Of a stretch of DNA of 64,000 nt, positions 10,734 to 20,656 are shown in pieces (the first letter of the stretch is position 1; the number at the start of each line of letters is the position of its first letter). Location: the IMG/VR virus record IMGVR_UViG_3300005096_000103, positions 74,360 to 138,359 of that record; one strand, given 5' to 3'. The position numbers were made by a program, and so were the translations under genes. This DNA comes from a virus. The notes beneath the pieces are model-generated. The model was not told the origin of the DNA. It was given only the letters and a program-made list of their open reading frames with translations, and searched no databases.

Positions 10734-13700
10734 ATGAGCGAATTCCCTGGAGACGAAGACACCTATCTTAAGAACCTCGATTCATTCTGGACAGAGCTAT
10801 TCACTGATACACCTATCCTAAACTCTATGTACCGTGGAGCTGAGGCCTTAATGGCTGAGTCGTACTTCACTCTCCTCCGGGAAGCTGCGTCGACTACTCT
10901 ACAAAATACCCCTATCTATGCCCGCGAGTACTTCTCCGTCATCTCATTCGTTGAGAGTGATCTTAAACTCGTTACTAGCGCAGGTACAACGTTCTATACA
11001 TTCCTTCTCCCTGTGGGGGTGCAGTCTGTAGCGTTTATCAAAGATAGACCTCTAGATGAGAATACCATTCTAGAGAACGACCGAGACTATACAGTTAGCG
11101 ATGTCACAACTATTATCCTGCCTGGAGCGCCATTAGAAGCTACACGACGATTAATTTCGTTTTCAGCAAATCCTTTTGATATTGAAGGTGTAGCTACGAC
11201 AATAGAGACGTTAACGTCTAATACACTTAACGCAGCAACAGATGGGTTTGTGTCGGGTGGTCGACCACCTACGCACATCACATCATCATCTCTAGACCAG
11301 AATACACTGCTGAATAGTCGTAACTCGACCCGTCGTACATTTACGACGCTAGGGATAGTAGCGTCTCGTAGAACCTCCACGTTCTACCAGGGAAACATCT
11401 CTTGGCTTGAAGCTCCGTCACCTGTTTTCAGTGTAGAGCACGTCGGCCTAACAATCAGAGTCTATGACTCTGGTGGACTTATTGGAACTGGAAAGGTCAC
11501 TGGCGTATTCTCATCTCGCGTAGTAACTACAGACACGAGCTACGTTACTTTAGATCCTACCGTAAGCTTCGAGCTGGTTAACCCTGACTTACTCTCTAGT
11601 ACAGTAGGCTACGAGATTGTAATACAGGATAGCTACAACCCCGCTAACTCGGGTATATACACTGTAAGTTCTGTGACTAACGGACTCTCTGTAGTTTTGG
11701 ACAGGCCACTGAGCTATCTATCTACTGCTCTACAGACTCAAACGCTATGTACGCGGGTTGGTAGTATAGTATCTATATTGACTGGACTAACACGGGTAAC
11801 CCTTAATGACGTGGGAAATTATATTTTCCTTAGCGACCAGATTGGCGCAACAGGCTGGTTCCAGATCGTAACGGTTACCAGCCCTAACGTTGATAACTTC
11901 ATGCAGGTAATTACTGTAGCAGAGTCGTTAGCAGCCTTCGACTTGTTTAATCTAGTACTGAGTATTCATAGGATTCCAGTACAGTCTGCGAATATAGGCT
12001 GGATACTTCGTACACCCGCTAATGCTCGTAAGATCTCGTTAGTAGGCGTCGACGTACTTTACGATGATCTATCTCTAGCGTCAAAATACGGTGTACTTCT
12101 TGGTAAAGAAGAGGTCTCTAGTCTCACGTACAAAACTCTTCTCGAAGGCGTGTCACAATACTACTGGAAGGGCCCGACGATAAAAACGCTTTACTCTGCA
12201 CTTAACTCTATGGCCTCGCTCCCTATAGTTAAAGAAGATAAAGAGACGCTAGTGAGTCTTGTAGACAACTCCGGTGTTACGACAGTCACTACTTCACTAA
12301 ATACTTACATACTACCTACAGCACTAGTAAGAGATGATCTACTGCTACCTGAGAACTCGTCCTACAAATTCTACAAACTTGAGCATCTAAGTAAAGCTAT
12401 CATACTTGAAGACGATTATATAGACGAGACATGGCTCTACGGTAAAAAGCTGCCGACTAAGACGCTACCTCTAGCTACAGAAGCTCAGCGTCGCGTAGAT
12501 ACACGCCAGTATGTGACTACGTTTAATGGTAGCTGGAACTACGGGGACATCGGTGTAAACTTCGGCAAGTCTACTGCGGGCGCGATATACCCTAACACAA
12601 TCCTTAACTATCAAGACGCGTTCTTAGTCGCAGGGTCAACTGATACGCTTTTTTTCTCACTAGGAGCGTCAAAGATAACTCCCTCGCTTATCGGTAAGAC
12701 TGTCTATATAAATGGAGAGCAGAATAGTATTAAAGCGGTCCTTAGTGACACACAGCTAACACTCACAAACCCTCTAGATACTACATACATCGCTAGTCTT
12801 ACAGGCGATGGTTTTATGTTTGGAAACCAGCTTATATTCCTCCCTGCTAATAAACTTATCCTGGATAAGAAATACATTGGTGGGATAGTTAGATGGGTCG
12901 AAGGTCTAGGAACCGGTCTAAATGTTATCGACTCCTTAATATGGGATAGCACTAGTGGATTCTATGTTAGCAACGTAGATGGTACCGCGGCTAACCATCC
13001 TATTAGAATCGTAACGTTCGATATGTCTATACCTGTAGTAATACTTAACAAACCCCCAACACACCTCACGCTAGGTACAACTACAGCTAGCCTAGTGTCT
13101 TCAAATATATTCGGGGTGAGCTACGACCTGACTGATCTGTCTATAGACTCTGTTAACCTACAAGCGGACATCTCAGATATAGTGGTTAAAGGTCGACCAG
13201 CACACACTCTACTCCTTAACCAACCCTTTGCGCTCCTTAGTGACCTAGCTAGTTTCTCTGATGATCTACGTAGCTTATCTGTATTACCTGAAGAACTATT
13301 CAGAGTCATGTCTAACCCATTGACTATGAATGGGGGCTGGGTGTACGGAGACTCATACACACTAGTTAATGGGTACATAACCTGGAACAAACGGTATTTT
13401 GGTCCTGAAGTGTTAAATACTGTAGCTCTTCCTACAAACCCTTTCGACGCTAATGGTCTGATTCTGCACAGAGCTTTCGACGCTACATATGCAACCGAAG
13501 TTTATGTCTCTGCATACCTAAAGTCTGGTGGTGTAGCAGGAGTATACACACTAGAAGTTATGCTGTGGGATTCAGGTGCAAACATCTGGCTAGCAACAGG
13601 TATCATAAAGAGCGTGTCTAACGCTGCTGGGAGTCCTATTACGATGTTCAACACTGGCGGAGCCCCTATAGCGTTCAAGCTTACACCTGTAGGTGCTGCT

Positions 13701-14156
13701 GTAATCTCTGATGTCTGTCTTGCTGTTGGGGCGCGCCGTGCATTAGGTATCTTCGTTACACATAGCGCCTACACTCTATCCGGTTCAGCGGGGTCTATAA
13801 TCCTCGGTAACAATGTTATGACTGACGCAGCGTCAACGTTCTTTGATCTTGACGTAGGGCGTGAAATTTCGCTTACGTACCCTGGATCGCCAGAAGTGTA
13901 CGATAGCTGTCGGATAGTCTCGATACCTTCTCCGACGTCTGTGCGTTTGGTCTTTTCTTCTAGTAACCTCGACTATACAGCTCCTATGACCTCTGGTATA
14001 ATCTCATGGAAGTTTAGAGCCCAGAGACGCTGGGGTCAAACACCTGTTGAGATAGGCTACACACTAACACCTAGCGTCCATAATCCAACAGGGACTGTCG
14101 CTGGAGATAATTTTATCGAAGAACTTCCAGTAGAAGTGAGCCTATTTGACACCTAA
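10734..14156 (+). CDS. Large baseplate wedge/tail protein (gp7/gpI-like position)
   Basis: 1140 aa after baseplate J; YYWKGPTIKTLYSALNSMASLP segment and repeated beta modules. Confidence 0.55.
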   Translation: MSEFPGDEDTYLKNLDSFWTELFTDTPILNSMYRGAEALMAESYFTLLREAASTTLQNTPIYAREYFSVISFVESDLKLVTSAGTTFYTFLLPVGVQSVAFIKDRPLDENTILENDRDYTVSDVTTIILPGAPLEATRRLISFSANPFDIEGVATTIETLTSNTLNAATDGFVSGGRPPTHITSSSLDQNTLLNSRNSTRRTFTTLGIVASRRTSTFYQGNISWLEAPSPVFSVEHVGLTIRVYDSGGLIGTGKVTGVFSSRVVTTDTSYVTLDPTVSFELVNPDLLSSTVGYEIVIQDSYNPANSGIYTVSSVTNGLSVVLDRPLSYLSTALQTQTLCTRVGSIVSILTGLTRVTLNDVGNYIFLSDQIGATGWFQIVTVTSPNVDNFMQVITVAESLAAFDLFNLVLSIHRIPVQSANIGWILRTPANARKISLVGVDVLYDDLSLASKYGVLLGKEEVSSLTYKTLLEGVSQYYWKGPTIKTLYSALNSMASLPIVKEDKETLVSLVDNSGVTTVTTSLNTYILPTALVRDDLLLPENSSYKFYKLEHLSKAIILEDDYIDETWLYGKKLPTKTLPLATEAQRRVDTRQYVTTFNGSWNYGDIGVNFGKSTAGAIYPNTILNYQDAFLVAGSTDTLFFSLGASKITPSLIGKTVYINGEQNSIKAVLSDTQLTLTNPLDTTYIASLTGDGFMFGNQLIFLPANKLILDKKYIGGIVRWVEGLGTGLNVIDSLIWDSTSGFYVSNVDGTAANHPIRIVTFDMSIPVVILNKPPTHLTLGTTTASLVSSNIFGVSYDLTDLSIDSVNLQADISDIVVKGRPAHTLLLNQPFALLSDLASFSDDLRSLSVLPEELFRVMSNPLTMNGGWVYGDSYTLVNGYITWNKRYFGPEVLNTVALPTNPFDANGLILHRAFDATYATEVYVSAYLKSGGVAGVYTLEVMLWDSGANIWLATGIIKSVSNAAGSPITMFNTGGAPIAFKLTPVGAAVISDVCLAVGARRALGIFVTHSAYTLSGSAGSIILGNNVMTDAASTFFDLDVGREISLTYPGSPEVYDSCRIVSIPSPTSVRLVFSSSNLDYTAPMTSGIISWKFRAQRRWGQTPVEIGYTLTPSVHNPTGTVAGDNFIEELPVEVSLFDT

Positions 14157-14195
14157 GGCCCACGACTTATAAAACCACGTAAGGAGCTCAACCTG

Positions 14196-14747
14196 ATGGC
14201 CAACGGATTTATTAGTTACGGCCGGACACGTATATACCGAATAACGGATGACGAGCGTGTATGTATTCTTGATAAGAGAAACCAGGTAACAACTGCGTTT
14301 CTTACAAATATTATGCGGCTTCTACTTCAGCGGGCCACAGATCCTGCTGCAGTAGAGAACCAGTTGTTCTCTATATGGTTTGAAGCTAGTGCAGTCGCTC
14401 TTGCTAATCCCTCTATTACAGACACTGGGCCTGATGCAGCTTCCACAGTTGTAGCGCAGAAGATCGTGGCTGACGGTGACAAGATTGACAGCTCAGAAGG
14501 TTCAGACACTGTAGTAGCTGAGGTTAAAGCCTCCCTTGACAAACTAGAAGGAGTTGGGACAAGCATTGCGGGCTTTAGCTTATTTACAAAAGGTACACTA
14601 GCTGCGCCTCCAGCACCAGGAGGTTGGGTCCCAGGTACTGATAACGTATGGTGTGTTGCACGCCAGGTCATAAGCCCCTTCGTTAAAACAGATAAATTCG
14701 CTCTTGAGATGAAGTGGGCGATAATCCTTAAAGCAGTAACCGTTTAA
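14196..14747 (+). CDS. Putative tail-fibre attachment/baseplate protein
   Basis: 183-aa beta-rich ORF with AAGGAG RBS, between wedge and tail fibre. Confidence 0.45.
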   Translation: MANGFISYGRTRIYRITDDERVCILDKRNQVTTAFLTNIMRLLLQRATDPAAVENQLFSIWFEASAVALANPSITDTGPDAASTVVAQKIVADGDKIDSSEGSDTVVAEVKASLDKLEGVGTSIAGFSLFTKGTLAAPPAPGGWVPGTDNVWCVARQVISPFVKTDKFALEMKWAIILKAVTV

Positions 14748-14762
14748 TCAAAGGCAACACTG

Positions 14763-17522
14763 ATGTCCAATAAGAATGTAGACTTAACGACTATAGTTGA
14801 TGATGGTACTGACCAAGCTTCATCTATCCAGCCTATCGGCGCTGAAGCTGCAACTCCTACAGTCGCGAACCGTCCTCATGAGAATCTACGCGTACGCACT
14901 GAAACTCTTCGTCGTGTAGCTAACATAGCTTCGTTCATGTCTGACAGATTCAGTAACTGGATACTAGACACGACGTCTGGTAGTACGTTGATAACGTATG
15001 GGGATACGTATGGTGGAGGAGCCCCTGCTGGAAACGAAGGACGCATAGTCATAGGAAACGGAACAACTGACACAATGTTCCTCTTTAACTTTATGTCTGC
15101 AGGCGAGCCTAGAGGCGGAGCATCTGGTGACGCTGCGACCCCCTATGAAAACCTCTTGTCGTGGGAGACTTTTACAGACGGTGCAGCTACTTTCACACTG
15201 ACGTCAAATAGCCTAGCTTCAGAGGGCGGTCACTGGGTAAGTATTACAGTCGTAGCATCGTCACAGCTTGAACCTCTAGTAACACTTGAAATAAAAGGTA
15301 ATGCAGCTACAGTAGCTAACAAGCCTTTCACTCCTGGTGTTACTGAAATTGTAGCTACAGTCTCAGGTATCGCGCCATTTCATACTGTAGATGATATACG
15401 TGTCGCAATACTAGGAAACGCAACAGCTAATGCGCTTGTGACGATGACAGTGTCCGCTGCCGGCACAGCGTTCATGATTCCAAAAACTCGTCTACGCCAG
15501 GGATTAGAGACAGTAATGTTCTCAGTCTCCGGGTCTGTTATGGCCAGCTTCTTTGCTGCTACTAACGACAACCTGCTTCGCGACGGGGACACACTCGCAG
15601 TATACTTTGCGGACGAACAAGTTCTCCTGTCAAAAGTTACTACAGGGGGTGGTATACCTGCGCTGCTGTCCTCTAACTTGAAGAATATCTCACGCTACAT
15701 AGACGATAGTCTCGGTGGCGGAGTATTAATCCCAATTTGCAAAGCATTCAACAACAAAGTTGTGTTCGTTAACGGGACTACAATCTCGAATACAACTCCA
15801 GGTAAGCTGTCTCTCCATGCAACGTCTATCTTAGCAAACGCATTAACAGGTCGGGTCGTTACTGGAGCATCACCTTCTATCCAGGACGACTTAAACGCTA
15901 TAGCTCTAGCGTTCAATACGCTGACCGATGCTGCAAATGCTGGTATTGATGCACCGATACACTTAGGCGGCGTCGCAGCTGGAGGGCGCTATATCGGGCG
16001 TAATACTGACGTAGCTCTACCTGCTGACTCTGACCTCGCTGTAGTTGACGGGATTAGTAACCATGCTACTGCTAATTACGCAGGCATCCGCGCACAGATT
16101 AAGCTCAGGACGTCTACAGTAGTCGCTGATGGTGACCAAGGTGCTGGCTTACTAGAAGTCAGGATTGCACCCCTTAACTCAACAGTCAAAGCGACATTAC
16201 TCTCGATAACTACTAAGGAGACCCAAGTCGCGTCTGTGTTACTACGTATCCCTAAGACGCAACCTAGCGGAGATATCGACTTCTCCGTTGAAGGGTCTAC
16301 GAGTAACACGGTGTACGGAGACTCTAGTAACACTACTGACTTAACTAAGACTCACAACGCCCACGAGTTAAAGACTTTCTCAGCTGGCGGCGGTGCTTAC
16401 ACTACTGGGACCCACGCCCAACTCCAGTACCGTCTCGCAGGTGGCGGAGATCCTGAAGTACGCCTCTCACTGCAGATAAGCGATCAAGACGCTAGTACTG
16501 CAAGTTTAACCGACGAGGCGTTCTCCGTAACCAGCGATAAGGTTGGAATTAACCTCAGAGGCGACGCACACTCTAGCGCGCCACTCACCATAAGAAAGAC
16601 CAGCGCTGCAGCTAACACAGTTAACCCTAGCGTACGACATACTCTAGATGTCACGGGTGGAGGTGTTGGACTCCAGGATCTCGGTGCATCACAAGACATA
16701 TACCTCGCTAATAGTGTAGGAACACAGTCTAAGGCCGGGGACACACGGATCGTATGGCGCGATCCGGCTAACGCGGCAGAGTTATCAGAATTCCATGTAG
16801 CTCTTAAACAGTCTGGGACGTTAAACACTCAAGCTCTACAAATAAGCGCAGACGGTCGTATAGGGATTAACGCTCCTATCGTAAGTGGCGCTAGTCTTAA
16901 TAGAGGTCTAGATACTAATCTCACAGACGCTATGATGACGGATCGTACCTATGTTAACACGACCGCAACCCCCATTATTGGGTACGGATTCGAAAATAGA
17001 GTTTACCTAGACAATAGTGGGAACACTTCGAAGTTAGCTTCTATAATCACAACCAAGTGGATCAAAACGCCTACAGGTGCTGGCGAAGCGGTCCTAAGAC
17101 TGAATGCGTATAACGAGGCAGGGACATCACACAACGTAGACATAGACTACTTAGGAAACATTACCGCGCATAACACCGTTGTGGCCTGGGCTAAGATAGT
17201 CTCAGCAGGAGGTGTGGATGTTCTAACACCTTTTACATACGAGTCTAATGCGGCGTGGTCTGGAAATTTCACAGTAAAATCTGGTGGTGCAACTAATGAG
17301 ATAGTTGTACTCTTCGGCAGCTTCTCTATGAAGAATACCAGCTATCACGTTGATATCCAACCAGATGATCCGTCAGGTGCTGTTGGTACAATATTCTACG
17401 CTTTTATGCTGAAAAGTGGATCTAAAACGACCCTAGGTTTCTCTGTCTACTGTCGCGATCTAATCTCGGATACCAATACGTATAGACCGTTCACCTTCAA
17501 GATTACTGGAGAGAGGGCCTAA
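14763..17522 (+). CDS. Tail fibre protein
   Basis: N-terminal VANRPHENLRVRTETLR fibre-attachment-like motif; repeated (L/F)x(I/V)xxDxxxGIN units; C-terminal AWAKI...Y.V beta domain; Gly/Thr/Ala-rich. Confidence 0.7.
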   Translation: MSNKNVDLTTIVDDGTDQASSIQPIGAEAATPTVANRPHENLRVRTETLRRVANIASFMSDRFSNWILDTTSGSTLITYGDTYGGGAPAGNEGRIVIGNGTTDTMFLFNFMSAGEPRGGASGDAATPYENLLSWETFTDGAATFTLTSNSLASEGGHWVSITVVASSQLEPLVTLEIKGNAATVANKPFTPGVTEIVATVSGIAPFHTVDDIRVAILGNATANALVTMTVSAAGTAFMIPKTRLRQGLETVMFSVSGSVMASFFAATNDNLLRDGDTLAVYFADEQVLLSKVTTGGGIPALLSSNLKNISRYIDDSLGGGVLIPICKAFNNKVVFVNGTTISNTTPGKLSLHATSILANALTGRVVTGASPSIQDDLNAIALAFNTLTDAANAGIDAPIHLGGVAAGGRYIGRNTDVALPADSDLAVVDGISNHATANYAGIRAQIKLRTSTVVADGDQGAGLLEVRIAPLNSTVKATLLSITTKETQVASVLLRIPKTQPSGDIDFSVEGSTSNTVYGDSSNTTDLTKTHNAHELKTFSAGGGAYTTGTHAQLQYRLAGGGDPEVRLSLQISDQDASTASLTDEAFSVTSDKVGINLRGDAHSSAPLTIRKTSAAANTVNPSVRHTLDVTGGGVGLQDLGASQDIYLANSVGTQSKAGDTRIVWRDPANAAELSEFHVALKQSGTLNTQALQISADGRIGINAPIVSGASLNRGLDTNLTDAMMTDRTYVNTTATPIIGYGFENRVYLDNSGNTSKLASIITTKWIKTPTGAGEAVLRLNAYNEAGTSHNVDIDYLGNITAHNTVVAWAKIVSAGGVDVLTPFTYESNAAWSGNFTVKSGGATNEIVVLFGSFSMKNTSYHVDIQPDDPSGAVGTIFYAFMLKSGSKTTLGFSVYCRDLISDTNTYRPFTFKITGERA

Positions 17523-17526
17523 CTAG

Positions 17527-17874
17527 ATGGACTCTATAGCTGTTTACGTATTAGGTGTCGTAGTCGTTCTTATTGGCGTCGTCTACGCTGTATCACGCTC
17601 TGGTAACTATGATAGGCTTAATCGATTACTCAAGATTTCAGAAGCGGATAAACGTGTTAAGGATAAGAGTAGTCAGATACTAAAGAAAAACTTAGACACG
17701 CAGCTGGAATCCTTAGACGTGAGTATTACACGCGCTAAAGAAGAGTCTATACGCGCTCGGGACACTGCACGTGAACAGCGTATCAAGATAGACACTGCTT
17801 CATCCTGGCAAGCTCTAGACGATATTCTCGCTACACTACCTAACGATGATAAGGGAGAGAAAGATGGAGAGTAG
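17527..17874 (+). CDS. Membrane-anchored coiled-coil protein (i-spanin/Rz-like?)
   Basis: N-terminal TM helix (IAVYVLGVVVVLIGVVYAV) followed by a charged coiled coil. Confidence 0.45.
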   Translation: MDSIAVYVLGVVVVLIGVVYAVSRSGNYDRLNRLLKISEADKRVKDKSSQILKKNLDTQLESLDVSITRAKEESIRARDTAREQRIKIDTASSWQALDDILATLPNDDKGEKDGE

Positions 17875-18871
17875 TAGAGACATCCGTGCTGCTAAGTACT
17901 CAGGAATAGAGTCTAAGCCGCTAGCTGATCCCCTTGCTGTTGGCCGAGACGCTGGATTACAGAGTGCAACAGCGTTGTCCTCAGGTCACGGGACTGTCGG
18001 CCACCGCATCACTGACGCTGCTTCAGCACAGATATCTAGGAAGTCACACCCCGGCGGTACAATAGGTGGTATAGCTGGGATGCTGGCGAGTGCACCGATA
18101 GCCACACTCGGAGGTCAATACGTACGTGGTCTTACTCGCGGAGCATTAGCTACCTACGCACCCAACCTCACTGTTAATAACCCACGTGCCGTAGATCTAA
18201 TATCTCAAAGTGCACAGGGCCTTGCAACAGGTGGAATCGTCGGAACCGCCACTGCAGCTGGCGCAGCTACTGAAGTAGCACTCCGCAACGCTTACCGAAG
18301 ACGATCGGAGCGCAAAGCACGCGAATCAGCAGCCGCTGAGTCAGTTAGACAACGTGCGAGACAAGAGAGCATTGCTAATCCTGGAGCTGCTAATCCTGGA
18401 GCTGCTAATCCGAGCATTGCTAATCCCCCGCAGGTCAACACAAAGCTAAGCCGTATCAAGGTCGAGGATCTAGATATCTTAGAGTTTGCTAAGGACGTCG
18501 TACCTGCGTCAGCTATAGCAGTTGCAGGTGGTGTCTATGGTTTGGGTGAACTTAAGGAAACTATCAAAGAGGAAGGTCCATCAGGTATCCCGATGATGTT
18601 AAGTGGCGGTGCAATCGGCGGTGGTATTGGCAGTGCGTTAGCTCCGTATGTCGGTGGCGCCACCGGAGCACTTACCGAAGGCGCCGCTATGCTAATAGCT
18701 CCACGCTACGCACGTAAAGTCAAAGACACTATCGGAGATGTTGGTAGTGCTATCGGTGGATACGCTACAACAGGTCTACTCGGCTACATAGGCTACGAAG
18801 CTGGCAGATCCTTACGTGATGAGTACGACCCACCTACGTTGAGAGAACGTATCTTGGATAAGCTGTACTAG
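17864..18871 (+). CDS. Two-domain glycine-zipper membrane-type protein
   Basis: GxxxG-rich hydrophobic segments in two halves separated by ANPGA repeats. Start moved to ATG 17864 (GGGAG RBS). Confidence 0.65.
   Translation: MESSRDIRAAKYSGIESKPLADPLAVGRDAGLQSATALSSGHGTVGHRITDAASAQISRKSHPGGTIGGIAGMLASAPIATLGGQYVRGLTRGALATYAPNLTVNNPRAVDLISQSAQGLATGGIVGTATAAGAATEVALRNAYRRRSERKARESAAAESVRQRARQESIANPGAANPGAANPSIANPPQVNTKLSRIKVEDLDILEFAKDVVPASAIAVAGGVYGLGELKETIKEEGPSGIPMMLSGGAIGGGIGSALAPYVGGATGALTEGAAMLIAPRYARKVKDTIGDVGSAIGGYATTGLLGYIGYEAGRSLRDEYDPPTLRERILDKLY
18368..18426 (+). repeat. 15-bp in-frame tandem repeat (SIANP/GAANP x4)
   Basis: gctaatcc recurs every 15 bp. Confidence 0.9.
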
Positions 18872-18873
18872 TA

Positions 18874-19224
18874 CTAAACAGTCAATGTCGAAACTCTCTG
18901 GAGCCTCTTAGAGTCCCTATCCTCTGCTTCAAGCTCAATGACTCTCTTTTTATACCTAGCAATCTTATACTTAGTCGTATGTACACTTTCGTCAACATGT
19001 GCAATAACCGACTCTTCTGCGCGGCCTATGTACTCTTGGATGATCTCGGGCTTAGCCCCTGTATACTGTGTACAAAGCATCAAAACTTTCATGTAAAATT
19101 GTAGCTCTTCTGCATCCCGATCCCTCTCCCGTAGATACATCTCTTTGAAGAGGATGCTCTGATATGTATACCTCTCTGGTAGCGGGAGTCCATGCCACAC
19201 CCTATGTGCTCGGGCTCTGTTCAT
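18874..19224 (-). CDS. Tail assembly chaperone, gpT-like frameshift extension
   Basis: Lies in the -1 frame of the upstream ORF and is reached via the A AAT TTT slippery site without an intervening stop. Confidence 0.65.
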   Translation of the reverse strand: MNRARAHRVWHGLPLPERYTYQSILFKEMYLRERDRDAEELQFYMKVLMLCTQYTGAKPEIIQEYIGRAEESVIAHVDESVHTTKYKIARYKKRVIELEAEDRDSKRLQRVSTLTV

Positions 19225-19232
19225 AGGGCTTT

Positions 19233-20225
19233 CTAAAAATTTGACATGAAGTCCTTTGAAAACACTGCTGCCACTAGTTGATCGAGTTCCCTAAGCTTAT
19301 CAAGTAATAGAGTGTATACGGCCTCTTGCAGGTTACACGCCCATTCAATCCTAGCTTCAACAGTCCAGTCATCCATACGAGTGTCCCCGTACCTACATAT
19401 TGACGCAGCTAAGTTCTGTCGCCAAGTTAAATATGATAACGTGATCCCTGACATCGCCGATTCTTCTGCGGACTGTTCAAGCTTCTCATTGATGCTTGCG
19501 ATGTCTCCACCGTCGCGAGTCTTTAACTCAACAGAGAAGTTTCCTAGGATCTGATAGACGCGTCTATAAGGCTTATTCTGGAGCATCATAGTATCAATGA
19601 TCTCCCAAGCCTCTTCCTTTGTTACACCTGCTAACTCTAGCTTTGCTTCAAATATCTCCTTCTTACTCTTCTCTACCTTGATCTGTTCTCCAATGATACT
19701 CTGTGGAGTGATGGAAACTTCTTCTTCGAGCTCTTTGGTGTCTAACGAATCTACCTTTTCTAGGACAGAGTCTGGCATCGCTGCGGAGAGTTCACCACCT
19801 TTAGGTGCGTCCTTAGACACGAGAGTTCTAGTCATCTGCCCTTCCTCGTCTTCCTCATATTTCTCTACTTTAATATTCCCTCCACGAACAGCTTTCCAGC
19901 GGTCTCTTACTTCTTTAGCTATACGTTCGTGAAACTCTTTACCTACTAACTCTTCGTCTGTAGACGTTTCTAGGTTAGACGTTTCTAAGTTAGACATAAC
20001 CATCTCACCCTCTACAACGACCGGAACAACTACTGAGCCCTCTTCTATAGCTTTAGACATTGCTTCGCCATCAGGGTCATAGTACCCTTCCTCTATCTTA
20101 TTCATAAAGTCTTTAGAGCTTTCATAGATATCATCGCCATTATAATGGGCGTTGAGCGTAACAGAAGCTAGAGCTTTAATCTTGAGATCGTCTCTATACT
20201 CGCTGCGTTCTTTGTCTGTTAGCAT
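19233..20225 (-). CDS. Tail assembly chaperone, gpG-like
   Basis: Acidic 330-aa protein ending ...TCA AAT TTT TAG (X XXY YYZ heptamer directly before the stop). Confidence 0.65.
   Translation of the reverse strand: MLTDKERSEYRDDLKIKALASVTLNAHYNGDDIYESSKDFMNKIEEGYYDPDGEAMSKAIEEGSVVVPVVVEGEMVMSNLETSNLETSTDEELVGKEFHERIAKEVRDRWKAVRGGNIKVEKYEEDEEGQMTRTLVSKDAPKGGELSAAMPDSVLEKVDSLDTKELEEEVSITPQSIIGEQIKVEKSKKEIFEAKLELAGVTKEEAWEIIDTMMLQNKPYRRVYQILGNFSVELKTRDGGDIASINEKLEQSAEESAMSGITLSYLTWRQNLAASICRYGDTRMDDWTVEARIEWACNLQEAVYTLLLDKLRELDQLVAAVFSKDFMSNF
19236..19242 (-). promoter_or_regulatory. -1 ribosomal frameshift slippery heptamer AAATTTT
   Basis: 0-frame TCA AAT TTT TAG; -1 frame reads TTA GAA AGC CCT ATG AAC AGA into ORF 18874-19224. 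Confidence 0.7.
19961..19995 (-). repeat. 15-bp in-frame tandem duplication (SNLET x2)
   Basis: tagacgtttctaggt / tagacgtttctaagt. Confidence 0.85.
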
Positions 20226-20274
20226 GTCAGCTCCCTAGTTGCGTTATGTCTGGTTGTGGTGTAGCCTGTTTATC

Positions 20275-20283
20275 TGGTATAAG
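20275..20283 (+). promoter_or_regulatory. Putative phage promoter motif TGGTATAAG (copy 1)
   Basis: Intergenic, upstream of the 20328/DinG operon; recurs before seven + strand gene blocks. Confidence 0.6.
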
Positions 20284-20305
20284 GTATTGGAACCTTAGCT
20301 ACATT

Positions 20306-20334
20306 AGACTATAACTCGGATAAGGAAATGTCAA
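20306..20334 (-). promoter_or_regulatory. Sigma-70-like promoter TTGACA-N17-TAGTCT for chaperone genes
   Basis: Minus strand TTGACA tttccttatccgagtta TAGTCT; -10 lies ~80 nt upstream of ATG 20225. Confidence 0.6.
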
Positions 20335-20633
20335 TGTCTATCAGTGGCACTATTTCTTTAGATCACTGGAACTACCTATGGGACGCCTCTGAAGAGATAA
20401 ACACAGATTCTGATGGTAGTTACATCAACCTGATAAGGTCTGATAAGAATGGTAAGCGGAGCATAACCTACCATCACGGGCCAGAGTCTATACCTCCAAG
20501 GGCTATAATAACTTTTAATACAGAGTCCAGCCGACTGATACTCACAGGTCTTGGACACTACGCCGAAGAAGATGAACAGGGATATGCTAATTTCCTCGAT
20601 GCCGTGTACGGCGGCTTCTTTCCAAAAGACTAA
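20328..20633 (+). CDS. Hypothetical protein
   Basis: 101-aa ORF with AAGGA RBS. Confidence 0.6.
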   Translation: MSMSISGTISLDHWNYLWDASEEINTDSDGSYINLIRSDKNGKRSITYHHGPESIPPRAIITFNTESSRLILTGLGHYAEEDEQGYANFLDAVYGGFFPKD

Positions 20634-20656
20634 CATCCCTCCCTGAAGAGACCCAA

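Noticed and set aside
14170-14185. T4-like late promoter (TATAAA) upstream of 14196, also near 47700
   Set aside because: Too short and AT-typical; no consistent extended consensus across late genes.
387-17000. Numerous minus-strand ORFs within the tail module
   Set aside because: Fully nested antisense to long, motif-bearing structural genes.
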